Below, one piece after another: positions 21,601 to 28,180 of a stretch of DNA of 64,000 nt; within the stretch, counting starts at the first letter, position 1, and each line of letters starts with the position of its first letter. The stretch lies in IMG/VR virus record IMGVR_UViG_3300024240_000003; one strand, given 5' to 3'. A model generated the notes under the pieces. The model searched no databases. It was given only the letters and a program-made list of their open reading frames with translations, and was not told where the DNA came from. Source of the DNA: an uncultured virus (IMG/VR IMGVR_UViG_3300024240_000003) (Duplodnaviria; Heunggongvirae; Uroviricota; Caudoviricetes). Made by a program: the position numbers and the translations under genes.

Positions 21601-24600
21601 CGCCCTTCGTAACTTCTTTCACCTCAACTTTATTCTCGTTGATAAAATTAAGTAAATCCTGTTTGCTTACTTTATCTTTGCCTTTCAAGAATTCATCTAT
21701 TCCTAACCAATCATATTCCGCTTGTTTTACTCCGTTGTTAAGTAATGTGCTTTTTATCTGCTCCGGCGATGCGGAAGAAGGCAATTTTGAACTTGCTATT
21801 CTCTCAAGGTTCGAGTAAAATGTCGGTTTACTATTTTCTTCATCATATCCGGTTCCTTTCTCAAATACCGCATCGTCTGGTTTCGATTCAAATATAAATC
21901 CCTTTTTCTCTCTCGACCAATTTCCACCCTGCTGTTTCATCTCTTTGTGTATCTTCCAGAACTCATCCTTACTAACTTCATTATTCAATCTCGCTACCCA
22001 AATATCTTTTTTACCTTCAGTATCTTTTTCCCTATTGACATTGATATTTTTATTTTTTAATTTAGTAGCGCTTGTATTCAGTGGATTATCAGAGTGTTCC
22101 TGCTGCTGAATGGAACGCGGACGAGACACTTCGGACGCCTTCAGTTTTTCAACTACCTCTAACTTCTTGATATAATTATCATTCACTCTTGGTTCGAAAG
22201 TTATTACATTGTATAAACCCTTATCAGCCTTACCTTTTACGGAAATTAGTGTATAGTTATTGTCCTTCCATTTTTTTGTTATATAAATTCTTTCTTCTCC
22301 GTTATGATTTGATTTGAATATACTCGTCGGCTCGATTAATGTATTTTTCAGTTTACCGTTTTTTATTGCATTCAATTTTTCCCTCGAAATAACTCTTTTA
22401 CTAAAATCTCTTTTTCTTGTTTTAGTGTCCACAGCATTTATAGTTATAAAATGTGCCAACTTCTCACCTTCGGTCTCTGTTCCGGTAGGACCTAAATAAA
22501 CTTTAATGTCCTTTCCATATACTATAGGATTTTCCTTTGAGAACTCTTTAAAAAGTGGCTTAACTATTTCTATACTGTTTATTATTTCTTCATAATCTTT
22601 TTTGTCAAATTTATTGAGTGGATTTTTTGCATCTGTTAGATCTGAAACAGAATCTTTATTATTCTCTTTTTTCTGCTCTTCTTCGCTTTTCCCCACCGGA
22701 TTCAACTTCTCATCCAGTCCCGCTTCTTGCCTTTCTTTTTGTATATCCGAATCCTGATGCTCACCCGTAGGTTGGTCTCCGAAGAGGGAAGTCTGCCCGA
22801 ATAGCGATGTCTGAGCTTCATCATATGCTGCTCCCTTGTCAAATATCACTCCCTGCTGCCTGCCTTGTATCTTCACCTGCCCTACATCTGTCATTTCATC
22901 AATGTCTTCACCTTCCTGCAGAGCCCGGGCAATTCTTATTTTCCTTTGCGTAATCACCGCCCGCCTCTCGTCGTTAATAGCATCCTGTCCCCAGATAATG
23001 TGTACATCCGCCGGAGTTACACTGTTACGCCTCGAAAGTCTATATATTTCCTGCTGAAATAAATCCCCGCTATAAGGAGAGGAAACAATGTATCCAATTC
23101 TTTCTTTTCCTCCTAACCTCTGGTTATCCAGGTCTATTCCAACTCCTCCGCTTTTCGGTGTCATCATTCCCGCATCAAATTTGTCAGCTTGAAATTTTTC
23201 AATGTCTTTTATTTTGGCATCGCTGTCACTACCGTATATCTTTGCAAAACTTATTCCGGCATTTTCAAATTTCTTCGCAAGTGCTCCTATAAATCCGGGT
23301 ACTTCTATCCCTAATGATTTTATTGTCGTGGGATTTATAAAGTCCGCACATACTATCGGAAGCCTGCCTGCCGCTATGTCTCCCGCAACAGTTTCGAATA
23401 TATGTTCAACTTTCGCCGACTCCGTTATAGCCCAGAGCTCCCGGTTCCTTGAACGCCCGTATGCCATAGCTATTTTATCAGCATCCGTTATTCCGCTGTT
23501 TAATACTCTCCTTATTCTGTCCTGCCAGTGCTGCCAGATATCGCTCTGCATTTCATAAAAGTCCGCGGAAAATGGAACAGTCACTTCTTTTATGTTTCCC
23601 CAGAATGGATATTCGCGCCTGAGCATGCTTCCGGCTTTTATAGCTTCGTTCCGGAGTGCTATTATCCTTCTTACAAGTTCACCACTATCCAGTTTTTCAT
23701 CTGCAGCGGTGATAATCTTTCCGTTTTCATATTCGAGTTTGAGTCCTAATCTGTCTGCGATATCCTGCACGGGTTTTCCTGTTATTTCTGAAAGGAAATA
23801 AATTGATGCTTTCGGTGTGTCGAGCGGAGTCGCTGTTGCAAATAGATTTCTTTCGGTCTTTACGTTTGATTGTGCTATCGAGCGGAGTGCTTCAACGTTC
23901 TTTAAATTGTGTGCTTCGTCATAAATTGCAAGTCCGTAATCTTCCTTTCCTATCTTACCTGTCCTTAAATCATCATAAGTTCCTATATCAAATTGTGAAA
24001 TCCCTATCCTTAATGCTTTTGCTTCTGACTTAAAACTTTCGTCATATACTTGCTTGTTTGGTACTACAATCAGTACCGGCTTTTTCCAGGTGTCTATAGC
24101 ATATTTAGCTATAACAAGTTCTTCCCTTGTCTTTCCTAAGCCTGGTCCGTCGGCGAGTAATCCTGATTTGTTTCCGCCCTCAAAGTTGCTTATCATTAGA
24201 TTCGCACCGAATCTCTGATGCTCGTCTAATTCACTCTTTCCGTTTATTTCGTATTTTTCGGCGGGAATGTAGTCTTTTGACGGCTGTGGTACATCTTCTT
24301 CATCAAAATATCGTAATCCGGGTCGCTGAATTCTGCTCTCTCCAGCATCTGCTCCTCGAGGCTCTCGTCCGCCCCGTACATTTGACCGTTCACCTTCACG
24401 CTCTCCGACTTCATCAGGTTTTCTAATGTCATCGGAATTGAATTGTCTGATTTCGTTTTCATTTGATAATTCGTTTTTAATTGCAGGTGAGAGTTCATAT
24501 TCTTTTGCAAATTTCTCGTACCCCGCTTTTAAATATGGTAAAATATTTTGTAAATTCCTATGTCTTAATTCATTTGCTATATCATTTATCTTGACAACAC

Positions 24601-27600
24601 CTATCTTTGCAAACCTGCTTACTAAATCCGCAACTTTATCAACTGTCTCCACGTCCTCCGTGTCATACCCCGCCCCTTTATCGAAGAGTGCATTCTGCTC
24701 TTTCGCCGCATCGAGGTATTTATCAAGTTTGTTCTGAAATCCTAACTTTTCCGTTGTTAATTGTTTTATTAAATCTCTCTTTTTTTCGAGTGCCTTGTCA
24801 ATAGCTTCATCTGTTATTTTCGGATCTGCTTTCTGCCTCATCACAAATTCATCTCTGGAAGACGCTAAATCATCCTCCGCAGCTTTTATTTCCCTGTTGA
24901 GCCTTCCAAGTTCCTTTCGGAAGTCCGCTTCCTGTATAGATTCAGCCTTGTTTTCAATGTTCAGAGGCTTCGAATAATCGAATTCCCAGTCACCTTCCTC
25001 TAAGAATTTTAGCTTTGTTTTCAGGTCATCGTATGAGAAGTCTTGCTTTTTATTCAGCCAGTTGTAAATTTCCTCTTCGTGCTTGTTCGTAAGGTCTGGA
25101 AATTCCCGTCTCGCACGTCCTACAATAGATGCCATCTTCTGCCCCCGTGCTTTATTCTCCGCACTTGCAGAGTCCATCATCTTGTAATTCTGCACAATCG
25201 AACCCTTTGGATTCAGGAATGAAAGGTTATATACATCCTGTGAGTTTTTCTTTTCTAATTTCCGCGCCTTAGATAGAATATCTTTTTCAGGTTTACCTTC
25301 TAAGCGCATATCTCTGTATAATTTTGCACTTTCGGTAAAAGATTGAGCAGTGTTTAATTTGTTGCTTTTTTCCTTACCGTAAACTTTTGCCTGCTCCTCA
25401 GTACCTTTATGGAAAATTGATGGTATTTCATCAAACCCCGGGACTCCTTCTTCTGTTAATTCCTTATATGCCTGCAATCTTGAATGATTTAAAGCATATA
25501 TTTTATTGTCTTTCGGGTCTTTCCATAGTCTCACAGAATCAAACTCTTCGGGAATAAACTCTCCGTTTTTAACAGCATTTTTTATACTGTCTACTGTGTC
25601 TCGTGAATATTCATCCTCTCTGGGTTGAAATCTTTCAAGGTCAACACTTATTTGGTTTATTGGTACTAATTTTTCTCTGCTGAAATCTTTAAATTCAGAC
25701 GGCTCTTTGCTCTTACCTTCAGTAATCTTCCTGTCCTTAGTAGTAAATAAATCTTTTCCTATTTCATCAATCTCTTTCGATATCGCTTCCTTATCAGCTT
25801 TCTTTACCGCAGTTACAATCTTTTCCGGTTTCTCTACAGGTTTCTTTTCTTCTTCTTCTTTTTCAGCACCTGTAAGAACTCTTTCTTTGCTTTCTCCATC
25901 TGCAGGGGCTTCAACGTCTTTAATTCCCTCGGCGGGCTTATTTCCTTTGTCTTCATTTTTTATCTTTTTCCTTTCTTCTTTAGGTGTTTGAAGAATTCCA
26001 CCTGTGCCAGCCTCTTCTGTGCCTCGTCCATTGACAGGTTGTTTTTCGATAGGTTCTTTCTCCCCTCGCTCTTCACCTGGTAGCCCTTCGATGTTTTCTT
26101 TATCATTTCTCGATGCCTCTTTAATTTGAAATAATGAATTTGTTTCTTTACTGTCAACTTTCTCAACTTTGAATCCCTCAGGAAGTTTTGTGTTTATTTC
26201 TTTTAAAAGTTCATTAGAATTTTCTTTGCTTATCAGTGGGTCCGCAGAAGAGATATATTTCCCGTCAGATATATCATCTTTTGCAATATCTTGCGCTAAC
26301 GGATGTTTAAGCTCATCTTTTTTTATAATTACCTCTTTCTTCATGCCCTCTGTGTCCTTAGTGGTAGAGGGTTCTCCGCTCTTCTCCACCGGCTCTATTT
26401 CACTCAATAATTCCTCAGCTCTATTTATATCAGCAGGAGGAGGAGCAGGTTCTGTGTCGACTTTAGTTTCACTTTTTTCTTGTCCCAAAAATCCCTTAAT
26501 CTTTTCCATTGGTTCTACAGTAGGAATAATGTCACTTCCTTTCATCGGTCTGTAATGAAATGCACGGAAGAGCGTGTTTGTGAGCGCATCACTTAAAAAT
26601 TCTTTTCCGTTGAATCCTTTCCCGCTCATCAGTCCCGGGACCTGTGAAGCCATAGGAGGAACGAGCGCATCGTATAATAATCCTTTGAATTGTGCCGCAT
26701 TGAATCTGTTCTGGAATATTTTTGGAATTTCATACGGAGTTTCATCTACTGCCCTCTTTATTGGCTTTTCAATTTCTCCAAGTAAATTATTCCTTAAATT
26801 CTGATATTCCGGTAATTCCATTTCTCCTTTTGCCATTGCATCCCGACCGATTTGTAATTCTTTGAATGCTTTTTCTGTGAATAGTTTTTCTTCCGGAGTC
26901 ATCTTTACTCCGCGGATTACCTTTCCAAAATCCTTGCTCGCATCTTCATATAACTTTTTAACTTCATCTCCAAATGGATTGAGTCCGAATGCCGCACCTA
27001 AGAGAAGACTATGTCCCACATCACTTGACATATCTACCGGCTGTAAATCTCCTTTTGCCATCGAAATAATATCTCTACTTATCGTGGGAAGTGTGAACGT
27101 GCCTGTCGTCTGCATTATGTTTGGTATGTGCGCGGCTAAGTAATTTCCTACTTTATCACCTAAAAACCTCGATACTGTATTCAAAGCCCCGCTAACAGTT
27201 TCTTCGTTTGCCAAACGCCTCATAACCGGCCCCATTAGCTTACTGGATGCTCCCAGTCCAACGATAACGTCAGGAATCATCTTTGATATCGATTCTACTA
27301 CCGCCTTCGGCTTAACGTCAATTCCGAGCAGTTTAAATCCTTCTTCATTATTCTTTATAGCTTCCCTCTCCAGCCTTAGCATCTTAGGTCTTAAATCCGG
27401 CAGGAATCCGAATCCGGATGTAATACTTTCAACAAGCCCCTGTTGCATCGATTCAAGGAATCCGTTTGAATTGTTTTTATACTTTTCCTGTAGGTATGGT
27501 TTCAGTACCTGCTCGTCAAATATGTTTTCGGCTTCTTCCGTCTTCCGCCCTTCTTCACCTTGCAGAAGAGATTTTCCAATCCTGTAAGCCCATTGGTTCG

Positions 27601-28180
27601 GAAGTATAATCTCACCGATATTCTTTGGCTTTAATACTTCTGTTAATTTTTGTGGCTTCTGCTGGTCCAATGCTTCTTTTATTTTGTCAAATCTTTCGTC
27701 AAGCATTGCCTTTTCCTGCATTATCTCACCCGCATCAGGTCTTAAATATCCCGGCTCATTTATCGTTTTGCTTATATCTGCACCTTGTGATATCTGTTTG
27801 AAGTCATCTGCACTTTTCTTTTTCTTTAATCCATCCGCAAATTCAAGCATAGCCGCCGTCTTATCCCATCCTCCTTCAGCTACAACGTCTTTCACAATCC
27901 CGGGCAATCCTAAGTTATCAGTTCCCTTGTCGAGTGCTTCCCTCCTGCTCCTGAGTCCGAGTGATTTGAGAACGTCAATCACTTCCTTGTTTACTCCCGG
28001 CTCTGTTACAGTCTCCGGCAATGGTCCCGGAAGATTCACGCCTTCGTCCTGTGCAGTTTTTAAAATATTGGAATATCGTACCTTCTTTACATCAGGTTCA
28101 ACATAATGATAAGTCTTGTCAACATCGTTTAAGAGTTCCCTTGCCTTTTTTGATATTTTGGGTTTCGGATCGTCTGCCAT
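12638..28180 (-). CDS. Giant polyvalent (DarB-like) ejected virion protein, 5180 aa
   Basis: ParB-like domain (~25000-25680); SF2/SWI2-SNF2 helicase (LADGPGLGKT, DEAH, ATATP; ~22920-24230); BECR-like RNase (~22150-22560); EEVQSDW domain (~20060-21830); JAB/RadC (THNHPS...SDDD; ~19050-19400); SMS/EWHHTS domain (~18200-18420); wHTH; LPD38-like C-terminus. Confidence 0.85.
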   Translation of the reverse strand: MADDPKPKISKKARELLNDVDKTYHYVEPDVKKVRYSNILKTAQDEGVNLPGPLPETVTEPGVNKEVIDVLKSLGLRSRREALDKGTDNLGLPGIVKDVVAEGGWDKTAAMLEFADGLKKKKSADDFKQISQGADISKTINEPGYLRPDAGEIMQEKAMLDERFDKIKEALDQQKPQKLTEVLKPKNIGEIILPNQWAYRIGKSLLQGEEGRKTEEAENIFDEQVLKPYLQEKYKNNSNGFLESMQQGLVESITSGFGFLPDLRPKMLRLEREAIKNNEEGFKLLGIDVKPKAVVESISKMIPDVIVGLGASSKLMGPVMRRLANEETVSGALNTVSRFLGDKVGNYLAAHIPNIMQTTGTFTLPTISRDIISMAKGDLQPVDMSSDVGHSLLLGAAFGLNPFGDEVKKLYEDASKDFGKVIRGVKMTPEEKLFTEKAFKELQIGRDAMAKGEMELPEYQNLRNNLLGEIEKPIKRAVDETPYEIPKIFQNRFNAAQFKGLLYDALVPPMASQVPGLMSGKGFNGKEFLSDALTNTLFRAFHYRPMKGSDIIPTVEPMEKIKGFLGQEKSETKVDTEPAPPPADINRAEELLSEIEPVEKSGEPSTTKDTEGMKKEVIIKKDELKHPLAQDIAKDDISDGKYISSADPLISKENSNELLKEINTKLPEGFKVEKVDSKETNSLFQIKEASRNDKENIEGLPGEERGEKEPIEKQPVNGRGTEEAGTGGILQTPKEERKKIKNEDKGNKPAEGIKDVEAPADGESKERVLTGAEKEEEEKKPVEKPEKIVTAVKKADKEAISKEIDEIGKDLFTTKDRKITEGKSKEPSEFKDFSREKLVPINQISVDLERFQPREDEYSRDTVDSIKNAVKNGEFIPEEFDSVRLWKDPKDNKIYALNHSRLQAYKELTEEGVPGFDEIPSIFHKGTEEQAKVYGKEKSNKLNTAQSFTESAKLYRDMRLEGKPEKDILSKARKLEKKNSQDVYNLSFLNPKGSIVQNYKMMDSASAENKARGQKMASIVGRARREFPDLTNKHEEEIYNWLNKKQDFSYDDLKTKLKFLEEGDWEFDYSKPLNIENKAESIQEADFRKELGRLNREIKAAEDDLASSRDEFVMRQKADPKITDEAIDKALEKKRDLIKQLTTEKLGFQNKLDKYLDAAKEQNALFDKGAGYDTEDVETVDKVADLVSRFAKIGVVKINDIANELRHRNLQNILPYLKAGYEKFAKEYELSPAIKNELSNENEIRQFNSDDIRKPDEVGEREGERSNVRGGREPRGADAGESRIQRPGLRYFDEEDVPQPSKDYIPAEKYEINGKSELDEHQRFGANLMISNFEGGNKSGLLADGPGLGKTREELVIAKYAIDTWKKPVLIVVPNKQVYDESFKSEAKALRIGISQFDIGTYDDLRTGKIGKEDYGLAIYDEAHNLKNVEALRSIAQSNVKTERNLFATATPLDTPKASIYFLSEITGKPVQDIADRLGLKLEYENGKIITAADEKLDSGELVRRIIALRNEAIKAGSMLRREYPFWGNIKEVTVPFSADFYEMQSDIWQHWQDRIRRVLNSGITDADKIAMAYGRSRNRELWAITESAKVEHIFETVAGDIAAGRLPIVCADFINPTTIKSLGIEVPGFIGALAKKFENAGISFAKIYGSDSDAKIKDIEKFQADKFDAGMMTPKSGGVGIDLDNQRLGGKERIGYIVSSPYSGDLFQQEIYRLSRRNSVTPADVHIIWGQDAINDERRAVITQRKIRIARALQEGEDIDEMTDVGQVKIQGRQQGVIFDKGAAYDEAQTSLFGQTSLFGDQPTGEHQDSDIQKERQEAGLDEKLNPVGKSEEEQKKENNKDSVSDLTDAKNPLNKFDKKDYEEIINSIEIVKPLFKEFSKENPIVYGKDIKVYLGPTGTETEGEKLAHFITINAVDTKTRKRDFSKRVISREKLNAIKNGKLKNTLIEPTSIFKSNHNGEERIYITKKWKDNNYTLISVKGKADKGLYNVITFEPRVNDNYIKKLEVVEKLKASEVSRPRSIQQQEHSDNPLNTSATKLKNKNINVNREKDTEGKKDIWVARLNNEVSKDEFWKIHKEMKQQGGNWSREKKGFIFESKPDDAVFEKGTGYDEENSKPTFYSNLERIASSKLPSSASPEQIKSTLLNNGVKQAEYDWLGIDEFLKGKDKVSKQDLLNFINENKVEVKEVTKGAGTISEKRQQQIKDAEIRRNKIYDKYKEANTDLQNQLKEKGVSFSDRSEWTHILDSMKFNSPQMSGAVDNILKYLPDYDINKYHDIVEAHNEAIDSYEDIKSIKEQADTKFAQWQLPGGENYKEVLLTLPSGKPLLKFADYYNELAEKYGLNPREISQKRLRAEITPEEDKKLESLRQTGEETRPDVFKSGHFDEPNVALHLRMNDRTTADGKKILFLEEVQSDWGEKGRKEGYSGDEKLYDEYLEKLKKKYGLEKRQGFPDILLEKMTDEEDRELDKLSVKSGVPNFPFKKNWQEVGMKWALRHATENGYDGIGWTTGEQQAERYDLSKQVNKIEYSYNKRADGYFIKIFGKNNEILNVINPNEVVLKNELSNLVGKEIAEKIINSKETVGKIEGDNLKIGGEGMKGFYDKIIPEFMNKYTKKWGGKVGEKELTINNDSKLNNQYKEPRIVEKGNKFVIEAMSPNGEYNLVIKTFLTRAKAEKYIKENYVESSPIHSLDITPSMKESVMQGQAVFERGAEYEAYKGDLGLGIGNPYEYLKTLQDYNDRIANLYAESGDYKYAKELRAIQERAKDVIAAMKKYNSEQPLEGQIDIYGDEINNKIDKEITVLQKEGLKNVNIEGKEPGQLDLFNKAIGDLARYDFSISSGQLGLFNYNELAGREQLPDATTGKEAAESDTGNNDTDSKMGNIGGEGKAESTGGKEPGSDRLFGELPLRYNKEYLEKTRKMIEDGQIEFIGKEVNTPADLAYMVQVLRDPRFESFRVFYMKDGKIVGYKTVTSRLPNAVIFSPDMKELIKGDISKLGADEVILTHNHPSAEHYASDDDIKTTYEFMKEIPEIKAHIVTNHGKYSVIHRLNFEQRFGDITNIKQEAKKRNDSVFEKILKTQDIYDFADEDNLKLGYDTLLDPKSHSGYMGQKISSKKLQNIVKELQGNDNAVTLIGVDPQMKITTMHEVPMGLLDNYEDILEYLRKIGVETGSSHFAMVMGNEENLSPFARTNVEQMLQDQQLVDFLDNSKQKSWRNDNKKEYPWEGGEVTNYRRYFGEEIGTNVGEMVSEKRKPFGGNSGYVGHSMSKRAESAYEEGKLPYSKLPTWAKRMVDAGLATTNEWHHTSSYGNETPFYSVDEFISPFLFSEAELKELGSDNLDNIESFKDVPKNVIKALDTKSKEVIKKKNNIKNVRSKYVYEAQKELDDFNSKFKTFKREDKEPEHGIVSSVEMNGKYGWFDATYKYNLPRYYSGIDYETAENLNKAEELRNNLKVAKDEPIYKIELSKQGFDEKTINELKNRGIINSEILPEIFYINAEKNKDFIKGQVKELSTLPKPEEKFNPVFNRNGGDSFLTDEEKQARQNEHSFISGQGENYGSSYERRNAHQDIDLKYNEIFTERYKKAKQDFLNSDEVKVQEEKFNKDKVKAKNITNDLTSLLNGTEEYSENKILSSDESNESNFESKSQLKSETPKGNKQISTDDLSDSNLSDKNINVNREKDTEGESPDYSSDYKFGSLTNYNLDEGIKSGVGEIKKGLEDFKDSIFSSLPKKGGSVKVSDIAEKSGRDTKEIRKVTEELFKRGIISEKGDGYEMEEDPGELESEFKNNPEEFPKLLEHTSTSYFIEHKDNLIKIGTFGISNNPKMTEGEFKDSMDRLFESQKVPFKFSENQYKELYELASADYVNRVATEELAREKKMKPRKFGKQIGRSDEVNERIKQALENKFYKPIANKVTLEKALQHVEDYGIDDSIEAIKRNDAEIENEVKVAMGEYLIKRLSLEGEELEKGGDILAAEEKYKKAVDLAGYTMEAGTLLGRGVQAYAMFKNLSPAGFLRYAKKQIEGKDTVTEGGKLVKVTRYVADDMDEFLKGDELDNYIAGVRGEISDLSKKIVELSAEMETKGKLSDKEKEELFKEYEDLHQSMVEAVGNIKNKELSDAVQKLTSEFEERNKKAEYIIRELKARVKGYEDAEKVTTIINNVTGSLKDLTDRIVNEINKGEVSEKSKTAARELRQKAQDYEDASKILAKKVINTLKPPLKPEPPDIVKEMVRTLFQVAKENKLVPEKQPMTKRKLIEIVGKAVKMEADYRDVWVKAQEIVKKKFGKDEKALTILDNYFKHYLENPWSEKEVSSVVKTGLKEMEVNLSDIVKKHFSVVDEAKETLTDKLLKEADLDTFPKGTLGTRDSDAPGNEELKNRIDGFAKTIKEDFDKKVEERKRKILESRLDIKPKEAKKLYEKIIELSNLGALDFEDYRQLFAQKYKMKFITDEQSKEIIKRANKVQELPADSLQQQQEIQDLFDYIEKQKGISFGDRFWGYRYASMLSGLSTHIKKGLSEFILSVDNLYADIRHPEEIPGRIKQYAEGIKKGLPEASAVMKGKVSILSGSDIYGPNRALDLIGNYAWSPMAWAKYVSRTLKAGATMFHYATAEMEAWAIARRMAGKQGLRGKELDDTINKMLGLTDEIREKAKAQAEAEGLKGVDKVRRINQIVEQSRDKKITEISRKYGLQNTFQGKPYGLAGMIAQSANGMSKKAIPKSSPILPGAKVGNLINFVIPFRNIVANVYNMGFNYSPWGIYRGIYGHYNGLGGEKFAEGEDWRYITRGLKGTALIGLIGAAALKGLIEITGTGPSSYKQQQELRATGWKPYCIKIGNRWYDYSHIPTIATPLLAVGTIVDNLKYSKKEDESWADRIGSTLFICMHSILDKSFMSGALRFFKAVGDTEGEFGRYYTDQAIDIPTGFVPNILKQMRVIWDDKYYDASTLRERFIKNIGIGEEWLGLKPMINALGEPVTKDYSNMFVVSGTDVKSDRVWKWIVDNNAWITLPDKKELVSIGGKERAMTDDEYYNYVKISGGYIRKGLEGSIDAINKIEDANDRRWYVKELVGICRDKAFDEMFKGMGAELQKKSEKQKKKDKDEEIYDAIENYGKRVAFLDKLDDINIIIKDKYKIKTNDGNEWIYKPEEDEEGKFKIDRKRILRLAEEKPGIKGERLTKFKQEINQIPE
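17151..17181 (+). promoter_or_regulatory. Antisense promoter inside the giant gene
   Basis: TTGACA-17 nt-TAAATT(TG). Confidence 0.65.
17185..17298 (+). ncRNA. Candidate antisense structured small RNA 1
   Basis: Promoter, three hairpins (two with TTCG loops), 13-bp terminator stem followed by TTTTATTTT. Confidence 0.6.
19453..19749 (-). CDS. Candidate overprinted ORF nested in the giant gene
   Basis: 98 aa in an alternative frame, AAGGAAGG RBS 8 nt before ATG, ends just before the JAB domain. Confidence 0.4.
   Translation of the reverse strand: MLISRVRNQVNWIYSIKPSETLQDTISVLAVDNWGYLIITNWQEENSYRMQQQVRKPPNPIPEITTQIARWEILAEKEKQRAPEERNPGLIDSSENYH
22035..22065 (+). promoter_or_regulatory. Antisense promoter inside the giant gene
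   Basis: TTGACA-17 nt-TAATTT(AG); lies in a 40-bp block 39/40 identical to 17130..17169. Confidence 0.6.
22070..22150 (+). ncRNA. Candidate antisense pseudoknotted RNA 2
   Basis: ATTCAGTGG/CTGCTGAAT and GTGTTCC/GGAACGC form interleaved stems; next to the BECR-like RNase domain. Confidence 0.45.
24244..24462 (-). CDS. Candidate overprinted ORF nested in the giant gene
   Basis: 72 aa alternative frame under an R/G/E-rich linker, just before the helicase domain. Confidence 0.35.
   Translation of the reverse strand: MKTKSDNSIPMTLENLMKSESVKVNGQMYGADESLEEQMLERAEFSDPDYDILMKKMYHSRQKTTFPPKNTK
25960..26106 (-). CDS. Overprinted small basic protein nested in the giant gene
   Basis: 48 aa MIKKTSKGYQVKSEGRKNL...AQKRLAQVEFFKH, resembling a stand-alone small protein family; GAGG upstream. 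Confidence 0.55.
   Translation of the reverse strand: MIKKTSKGYQVKSEGRKNLSKNNLSMDEAQKRLAQVEFFKHLKKKGKR

Noticed and set aside
22091..22132. Hammerhead ribozyme (CTGCTGA...CGAGAC)
   Set aside because: Two core mismatches to CUGANGA/GAAA and no stem I
12638..28180. Tape-measure protein call for the giant gene
   Set aside because: It contains enzymatic domains, and no tail tube, sheath or assembly chaperone genes are evident
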